This document shows positions 1 through 7,456 of a DNA stretch of 41,901 bases, one piece after another. The translations under genes and the position numbers were made by a program. Location: the NCBI GenBank assembly GCA_964439485.1, contig CAYTOV010000004.1:1-41901 (forward strand). The letters run 5' to 3'. Under the pieces are notes generated by a model. It was not told where the DNA came from, did not search any database, and saw nothing but the letters and a program-made list of their open reading frames with translations. The number at the start of each line of letters is the position of its first letter. The stretch's first letter is position 1. This DNA comes from an uncultured Acidaminococcales bacterium (GTDB taxonomy: Bacteria; Bacillota; Negativicutes; Acidaminococcales; Acidaminococcaceae).

Positions 1-28
1 GGTGAAAAGGTATAATCGATTCTAGAGA

Positions 29-95
29 GGTCATATAACTGACGGAAGTGGATAACCACATGGAGTATGACCAGTATGAGCCGACCGTCTGGGCA
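29..95 (+). promoter_or_regulatory. ZTP (pfl-motif) riboswitch aptamer
   Basis: P1 is GGTCATA(29-35)/TATGACC(66-72). J1/2 is ACTGACGGAA. P2 hairpin is GTGG-ATAA-CCAC (48-59). The 3' element CCGTCTGGGCA (85-95) compares with the recalled consensus CCGCCUGGGCA. The pseudoknot GACGG(41-45)/CCGTC(85-89) carries a compensatory change. A TATAAT box at 11-16 lies upstream, and an AICAR transformylase gene lies downstream. Confidence 0.8.
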
Positions 96-122
96 GAAGC
101 AGCCCGGAGTGGCGGCTTTTTT
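80..122 (+). terminator. Riboswitch expression-platform intrinsic terminator
   Basis: The composite stem pairs GCCG(a)CC..CTGGGC (80-94) with GCCCGG..GGCGGC (102-116) and is followed by T6 (117-122). Its 5' arm contains the pseudoknot strand 85-89, so aptamer folding and terminator are mutually exclusive (ON switch). Confidence 0.75.
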
Positions 123-146
123 CATATAAAGAAAGGGGAATACAGA

Positions 147-1322
147 ATGAATGAACTGAAATTAAAGTATGGCTGCAACCCTAATCAGGATCCGGCACGC
201 ATATATATGAAAGACGGCAGTGAGTTGCCGGTGGAAGTGTTGAACGGACGTCCTGGCTTTATTAACTTTCTGGATGCTTTCAATAGCTGGCAGTTGGTAA
301 AGGAATTAAAAGAGGCGACCGGATTGCCGGCAGCAGCTTCCTTTAAACATGTAAGTCCTGCCGGTGCGGCAGTTGGCTTGCCTTTGTCAGACCTATTGAA
401 GAAAATCTACTACGTCGATGACCTGGAGCTTTCTCCGCTTGCCAATGCCTATGCAAGGGCGCGTGGTGCTGACAGAATGTCTTCCTATGGTGATTTCGTA
501 GCGCTCTCTGATATTTGTGATGAACAAACGGCAACTATGCTGGCACGGGAAGTATCGGACGGTGTTATTGCCCCTGGTTATACTGATAAAGCACTGGAAA
601 TTCTGAAAACAAAACGCAAAGGTACCTACAATGTCATCAAAATAGATACGAATTATGTACCTGATCCTGTGGAAAGCAAGGAAGTTTTTGGCATAACTTT
701 TGAACAGGGCCGTAATGAAGTGAAAATTACGGAAGAACTGTTAAAAAACCGCCCGACTAACAATAAAGAAATACCGGAAGCGGCTGCCAGAGATCTTTTG
801 ATAGCTTTGATTACACTTAAGTATACGCAGTCTAATTCGGTTTGTTATGTTAAAGATGGTCAGGCTATAGGCATAGGAGCAGGACAGCAGTCACGTGTTC
901 ACTGCACCCGCTTAGCCGGCAATAAAGCTGACAACTGGTATTTGAGACAAAATCCTAAGGTATTGGCACTGCCTTTCAAGGAAAGTATCAGACGTCCGGA
1001 TCGGGATAATACGATAGATGTTTATATCTCTGATGATGATCTGGATGTTTTGGCTGATGGCATTTGGGAACAATTTTTCACTGAAAAGCCGGAACGCCTT
1101 AGCCGTGAAGAGAAGAAAGCCTGGCTGGCAACTCTGCAGGGAGTCGCTCTTGGCTCAGATGCCTTCTTCCCGTTCGGTGATAACATCGAACGCGCACATC
1201 GCAGTGGTGTTGATTTTATTGCTCAGGCAGGCGGCTCCATTCGTGATGACAATGTCATCGAGACTTGTGATAAATATAATATAGCAATGGCCTTTACCGG
1301 CTTACGTTTATTCCATCATTAA
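147..1322 (+). CDS. purH: Phosphoribosylaminoimidazolecarboxamide (AICAR) formyltransferase, short form without the N-terminal IMP cyclohydrolase/MGS domain
   Basis: The protein from MNELKLKYGCNPNQ... matches the AICARFT domain. The RBS AGGGG (134-138) lies 8 nt before ATG 147. The ORF-track start at 48 would run through the riboswitch and terminator. Confidence 0.85.
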   Translation: MNELKLKYGCNPNQDPARIYMKDGSELPVEVLNGRPGFINFLDAFNSWQLVKELKEATGLPAAASFKHVSPAGAAVGLPLSDLLKKIYYVDDLELSPLANAYARARGADRMSSYGDFVALSDICDEQTATMLAREVSDGVIAPGYTDKALEILKTKRKGTYNVIKIDTNYVPDPVESKEVFGITFEQGRNEVKITEELLKNRPTNNKEIPEAAARDLLIALITLKYTQSNSVCYVKDGQAIGIGAGQQSRVHCTRLAGNKADNWYLRQNPKVLALPFKESIRRPDRDNTIDVYISDDDLDVLADGIWEQFFTEKPERLSREEKKAWLATLQGVALGSDAFFPFGDNIERAHRSGVDFIAQAGGSIRDDNVIETCDKYNIAMAFTGLRLFHH

Positions 1323-1334
1323 AAGCAAAAAAAG

Positions 1335-1379
1335 AAGTTCCTGTGTATATTTAAATATACACAGGAACTTTTGATTTTT
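1335..1379. terminator. Bidirectional intrinsic terminator between convergent genes
   Basis: An 18-bp perfect hairpin AAGTTCCTGTGTATATTT/AAATATACACAGGAACTT (1335-1370) is flanked by an A-run upstream and a T-rich run downstream. Confidence 0.85.
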
Positions 1380-1385
1380 ATAATC

Positions 1386-2126
1386 TTATTTTTTCAGGTC
1401 GGTTATGATGGCGTTGCCAAAGCGGATATCTTCTGTTTTGGCTCCAACAATATCAGTGCTGACAAGCAGCGCACCAGCAAAGTCTGCTTTTGTTAAATCA
1501 GCGGCACGCAGGATGCTCTGCGTAAGATTAGTATTCTTAAAAAGAGCTTCGCCTAAATCAGCATTTTGCAATTTAGCATTATATAAATTAGCGCCAGTGA
1601 AGTTCGTTTTACGCAAGTCAGCCTGGTAAAACCAGGAATTAGCGAGATTAGCACCGCTAAAATCTGCGGAATAGCCATCGACATAATCGAAAGTTGCCTC
1701 CCGGATATCAGCAGAACGAAAAGTGGCAAAGTCAATAATTGCATGACTGAAGCTGGTACGGAAAGCATTAACTCCGGAAAAATCAGCACGGGAAAAAGTG
1801 GCTTCTCTTAGATTGGCGTGTGACAAATCCGCACCGGTAAGATTTGCCTTTTCGGCATAAACGTTTTTCATGTTGGCTTTAACCAGTTTCGCACCCTTCA
1901 ACGAGGCGCTTTCCAAAGCAGCTCCTTCTAAGTCGGTAAAACTCAGATCAGCTCCGGATAGATCAGCGTACGTCAGGTTTGCATTGGTAAGCTGTGCACC
2001 GGTGAGGTTGCCTTGAGGACAACTGCCGGTTGCCAGAAGCCTGTCGAGATCGGCCTGGTTGTAAGCTAAGGCAGGCATTGTGTTGAGTAACAAAACTAAG
2101 GATAAAACAAATATTTTTTTACCCAT
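1386..2126 (-). CDS. Secreted pentapeptide-repeat protein
   Basis: There is an N-terminal signal peptide (MGKKIFVLSLVLLLNTMPALA). The rest is almost entirely A(D/N)LxX pentapeptide repeats (ANLTYADLSGADLSFTDLEGA...). Confidence 0.85.
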   Translation of the reverse strand: MGKKIFVLSLVLLLNTMPALAYNQADLDRLLATGSCPQGNLTGAQLTNANLTYADLSGADLSFTDLEGAALESASLKGAKLVKANMKNVYAEKANLTGADLSHANLREATFSRADFSGVNAFRTSFSHAIIDFATFRSADIREATFDYVDGYSADFSGANLANSWFYQADLRKTNFTGANLYNAKLQNADLGEALFKNTNLTQSILRAADLTKADFAGALLVSTDIVGAKTEDIRFGNAIITDLKK

Positions 2127-2128
2127 GA

Positions 2129-2824
2129 TTAGCTCCTATCTGCCAGCTCCGTCAGAAACTCCTGCGAGTTATCAGGCAATTTCTTGATAATCTTCCATGG
2201 CTTATGTTTTGCGAGTTCTTCAGAACTGTAAGAAGAGCCGGCAAGAACAATCAAAGAACGGACACCGATGGCATTAGCGCATTTGATGTCGTTAGGCGTA
2301 TCGCCTATGATTGTGACTTCTTCAGGTTTAATGGCCGGGTTTTTCACATATATTTTTTGAAATGCGGCTTGCGCAAGAATTGTACGATCTTCACTTAATT
2401 CACCGAAAGCACTCAGACTGTAGTCAAAGTAGTTTTCAATGCCATAGTGTTTTAGCTTCATATGTGCGGCATGACCAACATTACCGGTTAAAAGTGCAGA
2501 AGTGTAGCCTGTTTCATTTTGTTTAAGATAGGTCAAAACATTTTTTACATTGGGCAAAAGTCGGCCTTGGTGCGATTGCAGAAATTCTGGTAATAATCTG
2601 TAGTAGAGAATTAAAAGACCTGCGGCATCTGAGGCTTTGCAGCTGCCTTTGATATCAGTAATGGCTGTTTTGATAATGTGTGAATCTGTGCAGCCAGCCA
2701 GCTCATGCGAAAAAGTAAAATCGCTGCAGTTGTAACGAATACGGATAGCTTCTTTGAGGGCATCAATACCGGCACGGGCAGAAAGAAGAAGTGTGCCGTC
2801 GATGTCCCAAAATAAATATTTCAT
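2129..2824 (-). CDS. HAD-superfamily hydrolase (phosphoglycolate-phosphatase-like, subfamily IA)
   Basis: Motif I is FWDIDGTLL, with GDTPNDI as motif IV. The RBS is AGGAGG. The stop is 2 nt from the start of the downstream pentapeptide gene. Confidence 0.8.
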   Translation of the reverse strand: MKYLFWDIDGTLLLSARAGIDALKEAIRIRYNCSDFTFSHELAGCTDSHIIKTAITDIKGSCKASDAAGLLILYYRLLPEFLQSHQGRLLPNVKNVLTYLKQNETGYTSALLTGNVGHAAHMKLKHYGIENYFDYSLSAFGELSEDRTILAQAAFQKIYVKNPAIKPEEVTIIGDTPNDIKCANAIGVRSLIVLAGSSYSSEELAKHKPWKIIKKLPDNSQEFLTELADRS

Positions 2825-2854
2825 TAGTTCCTCCTGAGAACTTAATAAGTGTTC

Positions 2855-3316
2855 TTAAGAATTTGTGTTTGGTCCCATAACTATTTTCAATAGTCTCTTG
2901 CCAGCGTTTCTGGCACGGTGCATCGGCTTGATCTGAGATTTGCGTCTGGGCTTCATATCATTTTGGGAACCGAAGTCTCCGCGTTTAAGGAAAGTAATTT
3001 TGGATTTATCCGGTGAAAATTGTTTCTTTATAAATCCAGCCAGACGGTCTGGATCAGCTTCATCATTACAGGTAAAAATATCAACTGCGGCAAATCCGAG
3101 TTCCGGGTAAACGTGCAGATTGATATGACCGCGTTTGCAAGGAATACTGAAGGAGTATTCACCATTATCTTCAGCGTTGTAGCAAATAGAATAAGCACCA
3201 ATTTTATAATCTTCCACTGCTTTTTGCAGAATTGCTTCTACCTTTTTGCAGTCGGATAATATTTCGTCTTTGCAGCTGTACATATCTATGGCAATTTGAG
3301 CACCTTTAAATTTCAC
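2855..3316 (-). CDS. S-adenosylmethionine-decarboxylase-fold (SpeD/SpeH-like) protein lacking the canonical processing serine
   Basis: The AdoMetDC class-1 signature HINLHVYPELGFAAVDIFTC aligns to ESHLTIHTWPE..DLFTC of SpeH/SpeD. The Glu-Ser cleavage dipeptide is Arg-Gly here. The start is GTG with RBS GGAAGGAG. The C-terminal ~40 aa are basic. Confidence 0.7.
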   Translation of the reverse strand: MKFKGAQIAIDMYSCKDEILSDCKKVEAILQKAVEDYKIGAYSICYNAEDNGEYSFSIPCKRGHINLHVYPELGFAAVDIFTCNDEADPDRLAGFIKKQFSPDKSKITFLKRGDFGSQNDMKPRRKSQIKPMHRARNAGKRLLKIVMGPNTNS

Positions 3317-3374
3317 GGAAAAGCTCCTTCCAATAATAAAAAATATCGCTATAATAATACCTAATGTTCGCTAT

Positions 3375-3403
3375 ATTATAGCGTATCGGCCGTAGAATGT
3401 CAA
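3375..3403 (-). promoter_or_regulatory. Sigma-A type promoter for the speD-like/HAD/pentapeptide operon
   Basis: On the minus strand: TTGACA (complement of 3398-3403), a 17-nt spacer, then TATAAT (complement of 3375-3380). The -10 is embedded in the palindrome CGCTATAtTATAGCG (3369-3383). Confidence 0.65.
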
Positions 3404-3427
3404 AATGATGCCAGAGTATGCTATAAT
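3396..3427 (+). promoter_or_regulatory. Candidate extended -10 promoter for recD2
   Basis: TGcTATAAT lies at 3419-3427 with a weak -35 (ATGTCA, 3397-3402). It is arranged back-to-back with the minus-strand promoter. Confidence 0.4.
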
Positions 3428-3460
3428 AAAGAACATAGGTTCGGTAATGGTGGTGAAGGT

Positions 3461-5620
3461 ATGGATGAGTTGGAAGCAACAATTGAAAATATAGTGTTTC
3501 AGGCTGAAGATGGCAAGTTTTCTGTCTTTCGTGTTCGCAGCGCGAAGATGGAGAAAATAGCAGTTGTTTATAAAGGGTTAGCACCTTTTTTGGGAGAACA
3601 GGTTAAGCTGTTTGGCAATTGGTCTGAACATCCGAAGTTTGGCAGACAGTTTCAGGCTACTACCTGGCAGACGCTGCAGACGTCATCGGCAGCCGGGATT
3701 GAACGCTTTTTGGGATCAGGCGCCGTACGAGGCGTTGGTAAGGCTATGGCGTCCAGGATAGTCGAAATGTTTGGTGAAGACACGCTTAAAATTATCGGTG
3801 AGGAATCTTATCGTTTGACAGAAGTGTCAGGCATCGGCAAAAAGAAAGCCGTCACGATTGCCTCTTCTTACTCTGAACTTTCAGATATGAAAGAGCTGAT
3901 GTTGTTTTTGGAGGAGCATGGGATAAGTTCAAATTATGCGCCAAAGATACAAGCAAGATATGGCAATACAGCGTTGAAAAGGATTGAAGATAATCCCTAT
4001 TCTCTTGCCAATGATGTAGCCGGTATCGGCTTTCGCACCGCCGACAGACTGGCAATGTCCATGGGACTCAAACCTGGAAATGAGAGCAGGGTAAAAGCAG
4101 GAATTGAATTTGCGCTGACGCAGACAGCTTCTTCTGGTCACACTTGTTTGCCGGAAGATAAATTACTAACGGAAACAGCGCGTCTTTTGCAGATTGCTTA
4201 TGCTGAGGTTTATGAAGTTTATAAAAAACTAATTAAAGATGACCTGTTGAGAACAGAAGAATTTGCCGGTACACGCCTGGTCTATCCAGAGTACCTTTAT
4301 CGTGCAGAGATTGGTGTTGCCAAACGTCTTTTGTATTTACGCGATAAGGTAAACAGAATCTGGCAGGTGGATTATCAGTCTATTATTGAAAATTGGGAAC
4401 ATGAGACCGGATTGAAATTGGCGGAAGCACAGATAGAAGCAATAAGCGCTTCGGTGGAACATGGTATCTTTATTCTGACTGGCGGACCGGGAACAGGTAA
4501 AACAACTGTTGTTAAAGGCATTTTAGCTGTGCTGGAAAAGGCTGGCTGCAAAATCTTACTGGCTGCTCCTACGGGGCGTGCTGCCAGAAGACTTGCTGAA
4601 TCAGCCGGACATCCGGCATCCACTGTTCATAGAATGCTGGAGTATACACCAAACGGAGAAGCCTACTTTTTCGGACGCAATGAAGAAAACCCTTTGGAAG
4701 CAGACGCAATTATTGTTGATGAAGCTTCGATGCTGGACATTACACTTGCCCATAACCTTCTGAAAGCTGTGTCAGTAGGCTGCCGTCTGATTCTTGTCGG
4801 TGATGTTGACCAGTTACCTTCAGTTGGCCCGGGAACGGTGCTTAAAGATATTATTCGCAGCAAGATGATGCCTGTGGTTCGCTTAAACAGTATTTTTCGT
4901 CAGGCAGCGCTAAGTCCAATTGTTTTAAATGCACATAGGATTAACAAAGGACTGCAGCCTGAATGTGATAAATGCAACGATTTTTGCTTTACGGAAATCA
5001 ATGATGAGAAAGAGGCAGCCGAGTATATAGTCGATAACTATGCGAGAATAACTGCCAGTGAGGGTTGGGAAGGCGTGCAGGTTCTTTCACCAATGCATAA
5101 AAACCCTTGTGGTGTTATGAATCTGAATAAGCTGCTGCAGGAAAGAATGAATCCGCCAGAACCCGGCAAGGCAGAAATAATGACGCCTAATGGTTTATTG
5201 CGGACAGGCGACAAGGTTATGCAGATTCGCAATAATTACGATAAGGATGTTTTTAATGGCGATATCGGTAGGATTGACAGGATTATAGGAACCAATGTCA
5301 GCGTTCTTTTCCCGGAAAGACCAGAGGGGGAAAAGGTTGATTACGCACAGAGTGAATTGGATGAATTGCAGCTGGCTTATGCGATGAGTGTTCATAAGGC
5401 CCAGGGCAGTGAATATCCTTCAGTCATAATGCCGCTTGTCCCCAGCCATTTCATGCTGTTGCAGCGGAATTTGTTTTATACCGGGGTAACGCGTGCTAAG
5501 AAGAGCGTTATATTGGTTGGCAGCCGGGCGGCAGTGAACACAGCTGTCAGCAAAGACGACATGAGAAAGCGTTATTCCTTGCTGGCGGAAAGAATGCAGG
5601 AAGAAAGCAATCTCGTTTAA
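3461..5620 (+). CDS. recD2: ATP-dependent RecD-like DNA helicase (RecD2, SF1B)
   Basis: 719 aa with an N-terminal HhH region. Walker A is GGPGTGKT, followed by DEASM and the C-terminal helicase motif AMSVHKAQGSEY. Confidence 0.9.
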   Translation: MDELEATIENIVFQAEDGKFSVFRVRSAKMEKIAVVYKGLAPFLGEQVKLFGNWSEHPKFGRQFQATTWQTLQTSSAAGIERFLGSGAVRGVGKAMASRIVEMFGEDTLKIIGEESYRLTEVSGIGKKKAVTIASSYSELSDMKELMLFLEEHGISSNYAPKIQARYGNTALKRIEDNPYSLANDVAGIGFRTADRLAMSMGLKPGNESRVKAGIEFALTQTASSGHTCLPEDKLLTETARLLQIAYAEVYEVYKKLIKDDLLRTEEFAGTRLVYPEYLYRAEIGVAKRLLYLRDKVNRIWQVDYQSIIENWEHETGLKLAEAQIEAISASVEHGIFILTGGPGTGKTTVVKGILAVLEKAGCKILLAAPTGRAARRLAESAGHPASTVHRMLEYTPNGEAYFFGRNEENPLEADAIIVDEASMLDITLAHNLLKAVSVGCRLILVGDVDQLPSVGPGTVLKDIIRSKMMPVVRLNSIFRQAALSPIVLNAHRINKGLQPECDKCNDFCFTEINDEKEAAEYIVDNYARITASEGWEGVQVLSPMHKNPCGVMNLNKLLQERMNPPEPGKAEIMTPNGLLRTGDKVMQIRNNYDKDVFNGDIGRIDRIIGTNVSVLFPERPEGEKVDYAQSELDELQLAYAMSVHKAQGSEYPSVIMPLVPSHFMLLQRNLFYTGVTRAKKSVILVGSRAAVNTAVSKDDMRKRYSLLAERMQEESNLV

Positions 5621-5640
5621 TAGTCTAGAGGCGAAGTTAA

Positions 5641-6315
5641 GTGTCCAGTTTTTGGCAACTGCTTATAGATATCTTTTTTCCACCTGTTTGTATTGAATGC
5701 AGGCAAAGAATTTCTGCAGGAATGTTATGTCCTGCTTGCAGAAAAAAGCTTCATGATTTCAGGATATTGCAGCCGAGAGCTTATTGCTGTCCTGACATTG
5801 AAAGCATATGTTTGTTTTATCGTTATGATGCGGGCATAAAGAAAGCTCTGCATGAGGTAAAATTTCACGGGAAGAAAAGGCTGCTTGCTGCTATGGCTGA
5901 TGAAATGTCAATACTGGAAACACCAAAGCGTGTTTGTGCCATGTGGAATTTGCCAGCAAATATAGTAGTTGTTCCGATACCAACAGACAGGAAGCGTGTA
6001 GCGCAGCGCGGCTACGATGTGCCTCAGGGTATTTTCAGCCAGTGGTCGCAGAAACAAGGTTTTGTTTGGTGTGAGGCACTGGCAAGAATTCGTTCGACGG
6101 AACCTCAATATGGTTTGGACCGAAGTGAACGCCGTAAAAATGTGCGTGGTTGTTTCAACACGATCAGGGATATCCGAGGCAAGCCAATTTTACTGGTTGA
6201 TGATATCTTTACCAGTGGCGCGACCGCTGAAGAGGCTGCTCATATTCTTCGCAAACAGGGAGCCAGCCATATTTGGGCAATGGCGTTTGCCGGCGGTGCC
6301 GATAATGATAAATAA
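5641..6315 (+). CDS. comFC: ComF-family protein (ComFC, PRTase domain with N-terminal Cys4 zinc finger)
   Basis: The CxxC..CxxC N-terminus is PPVCIECRQ..CPACRKK. The PRPP-binding loop is LLVDDIFTSGAT. It follows recD2 closely. Confidence 0.85.
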   Translation: MSSFWQLLIDIFFPPVCIECRQRISAGMLCPACRKKLHDFRILQPRAYCCPDIESICLFYRYDAGIKKALHEVKFHGKKRLLAAMADEMSILETPKRVCAMWNLPANIVVVPIPTDRKRVAQRGYDVPQGIFSQWSQKQGFVWCEALARIRSTEPQYGLDRSERRKNVRGCFNTIRDIRGKPILLVDDIFTSGATAEEAAHILRKQGASHIWAMAFAGGADNDK

Positions 6316-6317
6316 AA

Positions 6318-6359
6318 AACATTCCGTTTTCACATTGGAAAGCGGAATGTTATTTTTTT
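6318..6359 (+). terminator. Intrinsic terminator after comFC
   Basis: The hairpin AACATTCCG(6318-6326)/CGGAATGTT(6343-6351) is followed by T7. It overlaps the 3' end of the convergent HD-GYP gene. Confidence 0.75.
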
Positions 6360-6952
6360 GCAGATATGACTGATTTTAGAAAAGCGTGGACTACATCCGG
6401 GTCGAAGCTCAGACCGGCTCGGTCCTGTAACTCACGGGTTGCATCAGCATGGGATTTCTGCCAGTGCTCTGTACAGGGATTGATTATACGGTCGTAATGA
6501 TTGGCAACAGCGATAATGCGTGCACCTAAGGGAATATTAACGCCTTTTAAACGTTTGGGGTAGCCTGTACCATCCCAATTTTCATGGTGACACAGGATAA
6601 TCTTCATAATATGAGAAAACTCTGGTATGTTTTCCAGCATGCTTGCTCCGGCCAGAGAATGATTCTTGTAGGTTGAGAACTCGCGCGTACTCAGATAAGG
6701 ATATTTACTTAAAATGGTGTTAGGCACTGCCAAGTGTCCAATGTCATGCAGAAGTGCTGCTGTTTTGATGCAGGCGACTTCATCAAAGGGAAGGCCCATT
6801 TTGGCAGATATGCTGACGGAGTAATTGCTTACCTGCTGGCTATGTAAATACAATGTCTTATTCTTTTGTTCCAAAATGGATAAGAAAAAATTGCATAGCT
6901 CCTTTGTCTTCCCATCGTTGGGAAATTCAAGGAATTGTGGAATGGTAAGCAT
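6350..6952 (-). CDS. Stand-alone HD-GYP domain protein (putative cyclic-di-nucleotide phosphodiesterase)
   Basis: HDIGHLAVP (HD) and HHENWDGTGYP (GYP) motifs are present. There is no receiver or sensor domain. Confidence 0.8.
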   Translation of the reverse strand: MLTIPQFLEFPNDGKTKELCNFFLSILEQKNKTLYLHSQQVSNYSVSISAKMGLPFDEVACIKTAALLHDIGHLAVPNTILSKYPYLSTREFSTYKNHSLAGASMLENIPEFSHIMKIILCHHENWDGTGYPKRLKGVNIPLGARIIAVANHYDRIINPCTEHWQKSHADATRELQDRAGLSFDPDVVHAFLKSVISAKK

Positions 6953-7145
6953 GTCTATCCGTCCTTAACTAAATAAAGTAACCAAATACAGTATACTACA
7001 AAAAGAAGCAAAAGAAACGTCTTAGACGGCAATGTTGCGAAAAAAATTTATGTTTAAAGGTATTTTAAATAGTATTTTCTTAGCGCTTGCAGATAATTGT
7101 TATTTGCAAGCGCTGGCTATATGACTGCTTTGAAGTATATTTTTC

Positions 7146-7174
7146 TTGCTATTTCGATAACTTAAAATTATAAT
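7146..7174 (+). promoter_or_regulatory. Near-consensus sigma-A promoter driving the ncRNA
   Basis: TTGCTA (7146-7151), a 17-nt spacer, then TATAAT (7169-7174). Confidence 0.65.
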
Positions 7175-7180
7175 AGGCGA

Positions 7181-7399
7181 AGAGATACAACTCAGGTCTG
7201 TGGTTGCAAGTCGATGCCAGTTGCAGGCAAAACGATCCACGTAAGCAATCAAAGTATTGTGAGCACGGTGCAGCTTAGATGTAAGTCCTGCCGCGAAGAG
7301 CGAGAGGGGTAGTAGTGGGGAGCGATAACGCTTAGGAGCGAAACTTCCTGCAGGCGAGTGTGGGGGCGAAGACCAGGTCAGCTGAGTTGTTTTCTTTTA
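7181..7399 (+). ncRNA. Discrete structured ncRNA, candidate raiA-motif RNA
   Basis: There is no ORF. The element is a G+C-rich island in an AT-rich spacer. The closing helix pairs ACAACTCAG+GGTC (7187-7199) with GACC..CTGAGTTGT (7371-7390) and is followed by TTTTCTTTT. Internal hairpins include CCT-GC-CGC-GAAGA-GCG-AG-AGG (7287-7307) and AGCG-ATAA-CGCT (7321-7332). It lies between comFC and hpf. Confidence 0.6.
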
Positions 7400-7456
7400 T
7401 ATTGTATTTATTCATTAATACCTGTGAATGTTATTCATGTATACATTTACAAGGTA

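Noticed and set aside
48-146. N-terminal 33 codons of the ORF-track purH-like ORF (MDNHMEYDQYEPTVWAEAARSGGFFHIKKGEYR).
   Set aside because: The region folds as a ZTP riboswitch plus a T6 terminator. A proper SD precedes ATG 147, and homologs start at MNELKLKYGCNPNQ.
3306-3584. A 92-aa minus-strand ORF spanning the divergent promoter region.
   Set aside because: It covers AT-rich promoter DNA and the recD2 5' end. Its composition is Tyr/His/Leu-rich and low-complexity, and it has no SD.
6017-6373. A 118-aa + strand ORF overlapping the comFC 3' half.
   Set aside because: It is an out-of-frame overlap with a gene that has clear family motifs. It runs through the comFC terminator and has no SD.
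7032-7124. A 30-aa ORF (MLRKKFMFKGILNSIFLALADNCYLQALAI) upstream of the ncRNA.
   Set aside because: It has no SD, and it contains the 10-bp inverted repeat, which better explains the sequence. Coding potential is not supported.
7181-7399. Whether the structured element is a known riboswitch or leader for the downstream amino-acid transporter (T-box, lysine, glycine, SAM, cobalamin, c-di-GMP-I), or 6S, SRP, tmRNA or RNase P.
   Set aside because: I could not find the diagnostic core sequences of those classes. It does not fold as a 6S-like rod, because the 5' and 3' halves are not complementary beyond the closing helix. It is terminated by a closing helix plus T-tract, and a separate promoter follows.
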